Made by a program: the position numbers and the translations under genes
DNA from: TPA_inf: Saccharomyces
Lineage: Eukaryota
DNA length: 64,000 bases
Assembly: GCA_000146045.2 (NCBI GenBank)
Contig: BK006945.2
Location: 768,001 to 832,000 of the forward strand
Direction of reading: 5' to 3'
Notes under the pieces: model-generated
What the model was told of the DNA's origin: nothing
Seen by the model: only the letters and a program-made list of their open reading frames with translations
Databases searched by the model: none
Shown: one piece after another, positions 55,828 to 64,000 of the stretch
Position numbering within the stretch: the first letter of the stretch is position 1
Layout of the letters: each line of letters begins with the position of its first letter

Positions 55828-58413
55828 TTATAAGGATAATTGACGCTTCTGTTGCTCTCTAGCCCATCTTGCTGTATCTTTTGTGGCTTGACTGAACAAT
55901 TGGCCACTCCTAGTTCTTTTAATGTAATCAATAACCCAGTCTTGTCCATAAAATTGTTTGATTGAGCCGTCTGGAAACATCGCTGCTATATCACCAATCA
56001 ATCCGACTGCTGCTCTTGAGGTAGCATCCTCACTGTACAGCTGAGGATCTTCTGCAACTTGTGCAATGAACTGGAATATAGTACCAACATAAGGGAACAG
56101 AGCTTCAGGTTTATCATGAAGACCCGCTACTATACCCACATAAGCATCTAGTACTGCTTCTAGTACTTTTATTTGATAATCAAGGGCTTCTAATGTGCCG
56201 TTTTCCGGCTTCGTGTTTTGGGCAGCAACACACAACGCCATGATGTCATTCAAGTAGGGAATAAAATCAGCACCTATATTGGAAGCAATATCACCGAACA
56301 CGCTCAAGACGGCTGGTTTCAACTCTCTCCTTGCATTTGGATTAGAGATCATTTGAGCCAAGACATTCATCATAGCATCGGAATATCTTCTGAAATCTTC
56401 TTCTAACGAATTTGAAATATCAGCGATGAAGCCCACTGCGGTGATTGAAACTGGCGAATCTACTTGATTTAAAGCCTTTAATAAATAGGGAGAAAATGTT
56501 TCCAGGTATTTCTCAAATCCTTTACCCAAAGAAGCAGCTAGAGCTGAAATAGCATAAAACACATCGTCTTCAATAAACGCAGAGTCCTTTTTTTCCAACA
56601 ACCTGAAGAACAGTCCCATAAGCATATCTGCAACCGGTTCTACACTACTTGGACTTTTTCTAATAACGGCTGCTAGAACAGTCAATATATTTGACTGCAA
56701 TTCTTGCAAACTTTGCGCATCTTCTAACGTTAATTGATTTTCATCAACACTCATTGTCTGCCCTAATTTGTCCATAACAAACGTAGAAATGGAGGCGGAA
56801 GTTTCAGCTACCGTGTCCGTGGCGTATTCAACCATTGTTGTCAAGGCTGAAAAGGCGGATGCACGGGCATTGAACTCATTATCAATTCTATTTGCAGCAC
56901 CGATCAAACCATCTACAAGAGCGGGATAGAAGTTATAGATTGGAGATGGTGTGGCTTCTGCTAATTGTTCGACTAAGTTGATAATGGTCCAAGAACAGTT
57001 TGTGGCCACTTTTGGGTGATCTTGCAACCCAATTAAACAAGCTTGAACGACACCTGGAAGATGCTGTTGTGGGTCGATAGATTCAGCAACAGAATCAGCA
57101 ATTCTACCAATACACCAAGCAGTGGTTTCCTTAACTTGTAGGGATTGATCGTTCATTAAATTCAAAATAGATGGTAAGGCTTGGTGAACGTAATAGGTTC
57201 TTTGGACCTTATCAGGGCCATCCATAATGGAACCAAAGGCCATTACAGCAGCTTCACGATTCCTCCAGTTGTCAGCGGTAATATTTTGTTCAACAAATTC
57301 CAATACAGGTTCTAAGATATGATTGCCACAGTTTTGGGCAAACAACTGCAAGCATGCACCTGCGGACATGGAAACATTCCAATCGTCATCTTCTGGATCT
57401 TCATTTTGTCTCGTTAGAAGGTTCAACAAATTGGGGACAACATCTTTAATAGAAGAGAGAGCGAAATTATAACTCTGTAAAGGAGATTGAGGAAATTGAG
57501 CGAGCTCATAGGCAATATCGATTTCTTCTTCACAAATAGTGGACCAGAATTCCACAGTCATGGAAGCTACTTTATCATTTGGAGATTTCATTGTAGCTAT
57601 GGTCAATGCATATAGGGCTTGCTCCATGTAAGGTTTCATAAATGTATAGTATAGTGACATGATTTTACACAAACAACCAAAGGCAGCTGCTTGAACTTCT
57701 ATATCTTCAGCTTGAGTGGCTTCACAGACGACTTGCATAAGGTAGTTTCTTTCACCTTCGCGTTCCATGTTATTTTTGATGAAAATTAAAGAGTCTGCAA
57801 GAGCATTCAGAGCTGCCAGTCTGACTGCTTTGGAAGTTTCCGTAGATTGCGCACCCTGGACAATAGCGATTAAGATATTGTTTGATGAAGAAACTAAGGC
57901 TTGACTTTGAGGGTCTGCACTTTCACACATATAACCCAAGGCCAATAAAGAGGCTCTCTTGACATTTTCTGGTTGTTCCGCACCTGTATTGTCAACCATA
58001 ATTTTCATCAACTCTGGCCATGCGCCATGGGGCAACTCAATATCTGCTATAGCCGCAATCAATTGAGCTGCTGCATTTGCTATACGCGGTTCTATGGAGA
58101 CCAATGCGGTCAGCGCGTTAGTTTTAATTTGGTTTTTAGCTTCTGGACTAACCTGTGTAATCCAACGTTGTGCAAATTGCTGCGTCTTGACTGAGTCCTT
58201 GGACACCAGCTCGTTCTTCAAAGTTAGCGCCGCTAGAATACGCCCTTCTAGCTTTGTATTTTCATCGATAAGCACTTGCGAAGAAAGACCTGCAAATTGT
58301 AAGAAGTTGTCATTAGATAATTTCTTTAATTGCGTTTCACTAGTCAACCGAATGTTTTGGTCGGGACTTAAGATACTGTTCTCCAATAGTTGAGCAAATT
58401 CAGCGGTGGACAT
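55828..58413 (-). CDS. KAP95: Importin-beta / karyopherin Kap95 (861 aa)
   Basis: 861 aa. MSTAEFAQLLENSILSPDQNIRLTSETQLKKLSNDNF... shows the HEAT-repeat importin-beta N-terminus. Confidence 0.95.
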   Translation of the reverse strand: MSTAEFAQLLENSILSPDQNIRLTSETQLKKLSNDNFLQFAGLSSQVLIDENTKLEGRILAALTLKNELVSKDSVKTQQFAQRWITQVSPEAKNQIKTNALTALVSIEPRIANAAAQLIAAIADIELPHGAWPELMKIMVDNTGAEQPENVKRASLLALGYMCESADPQSQALVSSSNNILIAIVQGAQSTETSKAVRLAALNALADSLIFIKNNMEREGERNYLMQVVCEATQAEDIEVQAAAFGCLCKIMSLYYTFMKPYMEQALYALTIATMKSPNDKVASMTVEFWSTICEEEIDIAYELAQFPQSPLQSYNFALSSIKDVVPNLLNLLTRQNEDPEDDDWNVSMSAGACLQLFAQNCGNHILEPVLEFVEQNITADNWRNREAAVMAFGSIMDGPDKVQRTYYVHQALPSILNLMNDQSLQVKETTAWCIGRIADSVAESIDPQQHLPGVVQACLIGLQDHPKVATNCSWTIINLVEQLAEATPSPIYNFYPALVDGLIGAANRIDNEFNARASAFSALTTMVEYATDTVAETSASISTFVMDKLGQTMSVDENQLTLEDAQSLQELQSNILTVLAAVIRKSPSSVEPVADMLMGLFFRLLEKKDSAFIEDDVFYAISALAASLGKGFEKYLETFSPYLLKALNQVDSPVSITAVGFIADISNSLEEDFRRYSDAMMNVLAQMISNPNARRELKPAVLSVFGDIASNIGADFIPYLNDIMALCVAAQNTKPENGTLEALDYQIKVLEAVLDAYVGIVAGLHDKPEALFPYVGTIFQFIAQVAEDPQLYSEDATSRAAVGLIGDIAAMFPDGSIKQFYGQDWVIDYIKRTRSGQLFSQATKDTARWAREQQKRQLSL

Positions 58414-58976
58414 TGCTCCTTGTGTGATATGATGGATTACTGTTAAATCAGTTTTATTCTACCCCTAAAAACCTTGCAAATATAAAGAGAAAAAGGACAG
58501 ATAATTCTCCAGTAATATTATCCTTTACTTCTTAATGATATCTGTTCTTTAAGCGAAAAATACAAGAAAAGAAACTGGAGAGTTTACGTATATTTGCCTC
58601 TCTTCGCAGTTATTTTTCTTTTTTTTTTATTTTTTTTTCCTTGGTTCTCTCATCCAAGTTTTTCCTTATTGCCCTTCCAGCAAAATTCGAAAATTTTCTT
58701 TCTCGCCAAAGAATTCTATACTCGTTTAACATGATACATTTATCGGAACATCGGTAGGAAGTGGCCTGCGACTGACTATCCATTTGATCGCTGCATGAGG
58801 AATGCTGGTTATCTATGTATCGGGACATGGTTGCAACGTTTCCAACAAGAACAAGAATAGAAAAAAAAATACCGAAAGCGTCCTTTGCGTTATACCTACC
58901 AACCGTGTACAAGCTTTACTCTTCTTGCTTTCTTTATTTGCTATGTATCTTTATGTTTATATGTATATAAATCTGC

Positions 58977-59873
58977 CTACTTGTCTTCCTTTGGCATGCC
59001 AACCCTATGTTTTTTCAATTGCTCAATTGCAAAGAAAATTAACATTGTGAATGGACCCAGTCTAGTGAAACTTGGCAACCACCCCCGGAACATGAAAGAT
59101 GGGCCCTCTTTGCGGACAGCGTCGGCAAGGATCTTCAAAGCCGGTTGATGGTCTCCGCTGCCGTTCATGATACGTGTCTTCATGACGTCTGCTGGAGAGC
59201 ACACAGTGGTGGCCACCAGGCCAGCCAACAGGGACGCTGTCAAGTGTGTATAGTTCTTGGATGCGTCGAAATCTAATTTTGTGACCAAGTAGTTCTTAAA
59301 CACGTCATACGTAACGACCTGACTTGCCGTCATCAGTATGCCCCTAACCATGTTAGGCTTCCAACCGGTAAACAAGGTTTTCAGTCCACCCTCGTAGCGA
59401 TATATCTTGTACACACCATCGATAGCGTTTTTGTAGTTTCTCCTCTTCGCTGCCTCCAAAGCAGAGTCGTTTTGCATTCTGATATTTACAACATCTGCAA
59501 AATTCCCTGCAAGCCCCCCAATGGCACCACTGAACATGGAGCAAGGTAAAAGATACGCCATGTTAGTCAATTGCTCGCGTGGGATCACATTCTCTTTCAA
59601 CAAGTCGTATGCACCGAATCTCACCGTCGTGTATGTACATTGCCTCAACACAGCAGCGCTCAGGCCGGAATATAACCCCACCACACCTTCATTCGCCAAG
59701 ATACTCTCCAACATCCTGAAGAGTGTGGGCTTGGGCATAGGAGCCGCCTGCAGTCTGACTTTGGCCAAGTCAAGAGGATGTGTCACCATGGTAGCAAAGA
59801 TACCCGCTGCACCTCCGTACCACCATGGATACTTGATATTCTTACCGGCAGACTCTTTTGCGTTGGTTGACAT
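58977..59873 (-). CDS. DIC1: Mitochondrial dicarboxylate carrier Dic1 (298 aa)
   Basis: 298 aa with three mitochondrial-carrier repeats (PLDLAKVRLQ; PADVVNIRMQ; PADVMKTRIM). Confidence 0.93.
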   Translation of the reverse strand: MSTNAKESAGKNIKYPWWYGGAAGIFATMVTHPLDLAKVRLQAAPMPKPTLFRMLESILANEGVVGLYSGLSAAVLRQCTYTTVRFGAYDLLKENVIPREQLTNMAYLLPCSMFSGAIGGLAGNFADVVNIRMQNDSALEAAKRRNYKNAIDGVYKIYRYEGGLKTLFTGWKPNMVRGILMTASQVVTYDVFKNYLVTKLDFDASKNYTHLTASLLAGLVATTVCSPADVMKTRIMNGSGDHQPALKILADAVRKEGPSFMFRGWLPSFTRLGPFTMLIFFAIEQLKKHRVGMPKEDK

Positions 59874-60729
59874 GCCGTCCAGCTGTTGCGTTATCTTTTC
59901 GACACTTTCAGAGCAAGAGAAACGAACCTCTACACATAAATATGCATACGATTATGTATATCCATATATATATATACACTACAAGCCGACCGCCCGACCG
60001 TTTCCTGCCCCCAACATTGCAGCGTAATCGCTTGCCAAAGACCACACCTTGCAGCCCTTTTATACAAACATGTCTACGACGTACAGTGGAGAGGGCCCTT
60101 TCCTTGGCACTCAACTGAGATTGCGACGCGATACCTTCTGCGACCGTTCCTACTATCGCGGCCATAACTCCAACAACGACAGCGGATGCGCTGTTCTGCG
60201 GATGCGTGACCGTATCCGCAAAGAACGAAGATTAAATTTAGGGTCCCCGGCATTGAGGATGGTTCTGCCAAGAACTCACGATATAAACCAGTTGGTTGAG
60301 CATCGCATGGATGAGTATGGCGTATTTTGATTGCTCATATATAGTGGGGGGGAATACTCATGCTGTGAAAAGCACAACTCTTTTCACTCAACGAGGTTAA
60401 TGCCTTCTTTGTCTCCACGCCGTTTTTTTCTGGCGCCCTTTTGAGAAAGATAGCCTGTCCCGTAATCGTGGCTTTGGCAGAGACAGAGGGTGAGCGAAAG
60501 AGCGGGCGAAACCGAGAATGGATTCCGAGTAAAGGATTGCGATGGCATGAAACAAAACCGAGAGGCACTCCTTGTAAGGACACACATACACAGACGTAAA
60601 CATATATATACATACGTATACTCAAATATATCTTCGTATCATTAGGTCAGCTTCTCTCTTCCGCACGTAGAATTAGAGAATTAACGCAAGACTATACCAT
60701 TATAAAAACGCATAAGAAACAGTTTCATC

Positions 60730-61380
60730 ATGATTGACCGCACTAAAAACGAATCTCCAGCTTTTGAAGAGTCTCCGCTTACCCCCAATGTGTCTAACCT
60801 GAAACCATTCCCTTCTCAAAGCAACAAAATATCCACTCCAGTGACCGACCATAGGAGAAGACGGTCATCCAGCGTAATATCACATGTGGAACAGGAAACC
60901 TTCGAAGACGAAAATGACCAGCAGATGCTTCCCAACATGAACGCTACGTGGGTCGACCAGCGAGGCGCGTGGTTGATTCATATCGTCGTAATAGTACTCT
61001 TGAGGCTCTTCTACTCCTTGTTCGGGTCGACGCCCAAATGGACGTGGACTTTAACAAACATGACCTACATCATCGGATTCTATATCATGTTCCACCTTGT
61101 CAAAGGTACGCCCTTCGACTTTAACGGTGGTGCGTACGACAACCTGACCATGTGGGAGCAGATTAACGATGAGACTTTGTACACACCCACTAGAAAATTT
61201 CTGCTGATTGTACCCATTGTGTTGTTCCTGATTAGCAACCAGTACTACCGCAACGACATGACACTATTCCTCTCCAACCTCGCCGTGACGGTGCTTATTG
61301 GTGTCGTTCCTAAGCTGGGAATTACGCATAGACTAAGAATATCCATCCCTGGTATTACGGGCCGTGCTCAAATTAGTTAG
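60730..61380 (+). CDS. ORM2: ORMDL-family sphingolipid regulator Orm2 (216 aa)
   Basis: 216 aa. The Ser-rich N-terminus (regulatory phospho-sites) is followed by the conserved ORMDL TM core (WVDQRGAWLIHIVVI...). Confidence 0.93.
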   Translation: MIDRTKNESPAFEESPLTPNVSNLKPFPSQSNKISTPVTDHRRRRSSSVISHVEQETFEDENDQQMLPNMNATWVDQRGAWLIHIVVIVLLRLFYSLFGSTPKWTWTLTNMTYIIGFYIMFHLVKGTPFDFNGGAYDNLTMWEQINDETLYTPTRKFLLIVPIVLFLISNQYYRNDMTLFLSNLAVTVLIGVVPKLGITHRLRISIPGITGRAQIS

Positions 61381-61392
61381 TTGGCTCTGCCT

Positions 61393-61405
61393 ATACGCAT
61401 ATATG

Positions 61406-61436
<31 letters not shown>

Positions 61437-61460
61437 GTATATGTATATGTACGTATACCT
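61393..61460. repeat. AT / TG-rich compound microsatellite ((AT)n, (TATG)n) in the ORM2/NIT3 3' intergenic region
   Basis: atatatgtatatatatatatatatatatgtatgtatgtgtatatgtatatgtacgtatac, read directly. Confidence 0.85.
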
Positions 61461-61488
61461 TACATCATCATCTTTCTTTATATTCTCT

Positions 61489-62364
61489 CTAATGCGCATT
61501 TACATCGGAGTACACGTCAAATCTTCTTTGTTTGGTTAAGGGTACCGCTTGTCTAAATGACTCAATGACTTCGGGATCTAATTCAGCATAAATAATCTCT
61601 TCTCCCTCGCCAGCTTCAGCTACAATCTTGCCTCTAGGGTCCACCACTATAGAGTGGCCATATGCATGGTAAGAACTCTGTAGATTCCTTGCGGGAGAAC
61701 ATAACATCACGTACACTTGGTTGTCAACTGCCCTGCTTCTTGCCAGTAAATGCCAATGCAAGGGCCCTGTGACAGTGTTGAATGCACTAGGGTAGATCAT
61801 GGCAAACGCACCCTTGCGTGCACTTAGCATTGCGAGTTCCGGAAACCTCATGTCATAGCATATACCTACGCCAAACTTACCATATTTCGTGTCAATGGTA
61901 GTAGACTTCTCTCCAGGGCTCAAGGTTTCACTTTCATGGAACGATATACCGTTAGGAATGTCTACATCGAAAAGATGGACCTTCCGATGCTTGTCAATCA
62001 ACTTGCCATCCTCGTTGAAAATTATAGAGGTGTTGTAGATTTTGTCTGTCTTTGGATCCAATTCCGGAATTGTTCCTCCTACCAAGATGATTTTAAACTT
62101 ATTGGCTAAATTAGACAGAAATTGAACTGACGTCGAAGGCTCTTTCGGATTGATAACTTCTGAATACTTTCTAAACTGATCAGTGGAGTACGGAGAATTG
62201 AAGCATTCTGGCAATACGACCAACTTGGTATCCGGCTGTTCCTTCATAGCCCTTTCAATGAACGTTGCAGCCCTTTGAAGATTGGCCATTTTGTCAGGAC
62301 TCGAGCCTGACAGTTGGACCAACGCAACTTTAATTTTTTGTGAAAGAATCTTCGAAGCACTCAT
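61489..62364 (-). CDS. NIT3: Nitrilase-superfamily omega-amidase Nit3 (291 aa)
   Basis: The ORF 61489..62379 is 296 aa. The internal ATG at 62364 (MSASKILSQKIKVALVQL...) gives 291 aa. The CN-hydrolase catalytic triad region is present (E in VLPECF; ...K...; C in GICYDMRFPE). Confidence 0.9.
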   Translation of the reverse strand: MSASKILSQKIKVALVQLSGSSPDKMANLQRAATFIERAMKEQPDTKLVVLPECFNSPYSTDQFRKYSEVINPKEPSTSVQFLSNLANKFKIILVGGTIPELDPKTDKIYNTSIIFNEDGKLIDKHRKVHLFDVDIPNGISFHESETLSPGEKSTTIDTKYGKFGVGICYDMRFPELAMLSARKGAFAMIYPSAFNTVTGPLHWHLLARSRAVDNQVYVMLCSPARNLQSSYHAYGHSIVVDPRGKIVAEAGEGEEIIYAELDPEVIESFRQAVPLTKQRRFDVYSDVNAH

Positions 62365-63115
62365 ACTGGCGATCTTCACGCCCTCCTGCTACTACAAAAG
62401 CTGTGTTTTTACAAGAATCAAATTAAGTTAGCAAGATATCATACAACATTATTGATAATTTTAATATCGTGTTCGTACCTGATGACGTATCTGTGCATTG
62501 ATAAGGCCCGCATGGTTTCAGAAAGCAGAGCGGGACGATTCCAAATTAGTGGCCTTGTGCTTTGCATGTCAATTGTGTTACCTTCAGCTCGTGGATTTGT
62601 TTTATCAATACACAGTCTACAGTCAAGAATTTTTTTTTATCAATTTGTGCGTTCGAGCGTATAAAATAGCCGCTGTAGCTACTTAAGTTCCTGTTCAGCG
62701 ATAGTTTTTTTCCATCACACGTACTATGGCACCAACTTTGTACTATTCCTTCCCCGTTTACTCAATTCTTGAAGCCAATTTGTACAATTCCCCATTAGAG
62801 TCAAATAAAAGGATGCCTCACGGAGGTATGTTACCCGCGCTATTTCACATGGCTCATTGAATTAGAGGTGGAATTTGGTGTACCCTCCCCTCCTCATCTG
62901 ATGAAGTAGTGATCCGACAATTCTTAAAAGTTGTAGACATTACTCTTACCACCAACTAAGTTGTATTTATATTGCTACCCTTATCCTTTTATATCTAACT
63001 AGCGCTTATAAGGTTGGGGCAATACTAAAACTGTGATCTTATTCAGCTCATTAAATACGTGGCAGTACGTACCCTATTAGAAACAATAGGAAACAACAGA
63101 GTCGGAAGAAGCCAA

Positions 63116-64000
63116 ATGCCAGATTTGAAGTCCAAGACCTTGTCAAGCCAATCTTTGGGAGCGGCTATTCCTCCAGAAATTGTGTACCAAATACTTACAT
63201 ACCAGTTTAGGGATTTGTTAAGAAATGACCATCCAGGTACGGCAGAAAAGTTTAACGAAAACTTAACTACATTTGTCAAAAGTAATTTAACTGTTAATAA
63301 GACATTCTCCCATATTTGTCAAGTTCTCATTTATAGATATTGTAATTTAACTACCGCAAAGAGATTTCACGGTCTTTTACAGACTTTAAAGGGAAATAGA
63401 TGCCTTTGCAATAAGATTGAAGTAGCCGATTTCCAAGAATTAACGTCTATTGGACTGGGGAGGTCCAGTGAGATGAATAAAATGATTAAAAATCTAACTA
63501 ACGAAACTCTTCTTGAGTTTCTAATGCTCACAAAAGCAAACTTAAGGGAATTCTTAGCATGTGAAAATATTCAAGACGATTTAGACGATAATATCATAAA
63601 GTATATTCTATCTCCAGGAAAAGTCTTGAGTGTAGTGGATTTCTGTGGCTGTTCAGGCACCACTTTCACAGAAAGTTTTATTAAGGCCCTGGATAAATAC
63701 TACCCTAATAAATCGATTGATCAGTACCGGCTGGAACCTATTCAACAAAATTATCAGATTACCTGCTTAGGCCTAAATGATTGTATTGATCTACCATCAC
63801 ACGTCCTTTGGAAGATCTTAAAAATGTTACCAGAACTACAAAAACTTGATTTATCTCATACCTCCATTGATGATAGTACCTTATATCACGGCATACCTCA
63901 CTGGAAAAATTTAACTCATCTTTCCCTCGCTACTTGTCTTCAAGTTACTCCAAGAGCGGTTCTGGAGTTTTTTAGTCATCACCCAACAATTACAGACCCT
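63116..64000 (+). CDS. F-box / LRR protein YLR352W (Lug1), 5' 295 codons (continues beyond the window)
   Basis: ATG at 63116 (MPDLKSKTLSSQSLGAAIPPEIVYQILTYQFRDLL...). The frame is open to the window end. It has an F-box-like N-terminus, and its position matches YLR352W. Confidence 0.8.
   Translation, partial: MPDLKSKTLSSQSLGAAIPPEIVYQILTYQFRDLLRNDHPGTAEKFNENLTTFVKSNLTVNKTFSHICQVLIYRYCNLTTAKRFHGLLQTLKGNRCLCNKIEVADFQELTSIGLGRSSEMNKMIKNLTNETLLEFLMLTKANLREFLACENIQDDLDDNIIKYILSPGKVLSVVDFCGCSGTTFTESFIKALDKYYPNKSIDQYRLEPIQQNYQITCLGLNDCIDLPSHVLWKILKMLPELQKLDLSHTSIDDSTLYHGIPHWKNLTHLSLATCLQVTPRAVLEFFSHHPTITDP

Noticed and set aside
59521-60027. 168-aa + strand ORF overlapping DIC1
   Set aside because: It is antisense to the mitochondrial-carrier ORF, which has clear family repeats (YLR349W dubious).

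Overview
This window is a gene-dense nuclear chromosomal segment of Saccharomyces cerevisiae. The gene order, protein lengths and tRNA/LTR content match the right arm of chromosome XII. From memory it is the S288C interval YLR318W (EST2 3' end) to YLR352W (5' part), roughly chrXII 768-832 kb. It holds 29 verified or uncharacterised protein-coding genes: EST2, BUD6, MMS22, SFH1, CWC24, PEX30, RPL38, YLR326W, TMA10, NMA1, REC102, CHS5, MID2, RPS25B, NUP2, SGD1, VRP1, RPP0, SPO77, FKS1, YLR342W-A, GAS2, RPL26A, YLR345W, CIS1, KAP95, DIC1, ORM2, NIT3 and YLR352W. Two genes are spliced (REC102 and RPL26A). There are four tRNA genes (Ser-GCU with an intron, Asp-GUC, Glu-UUC, Arg-CCG), each preceded by a Ty LTR remnant (a sigma and several deltas). 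Several coding and non-coding simple repeats are present. I found recognisable promoter motifs: Rap1 sites on ribosomal-protein genes, MCB/SCB on FKS1, Ndt80 MSEs on SPO77 and GAS2, PDREs on CIS1 and STREs on TMA10. I do not see evidence for an undescribed system. Every long ORF maps to a known yeast gene, and the remaining long ORFs are antisense or low-complexity artefacts. The findings below are interpretive details worth a second look (splice-site choice, tRNA oddities, degenerate catalytic motifs, repeat tracts, regulatory sites). All database-style statements are from memory and should be confirmed by BLAST against SGD.
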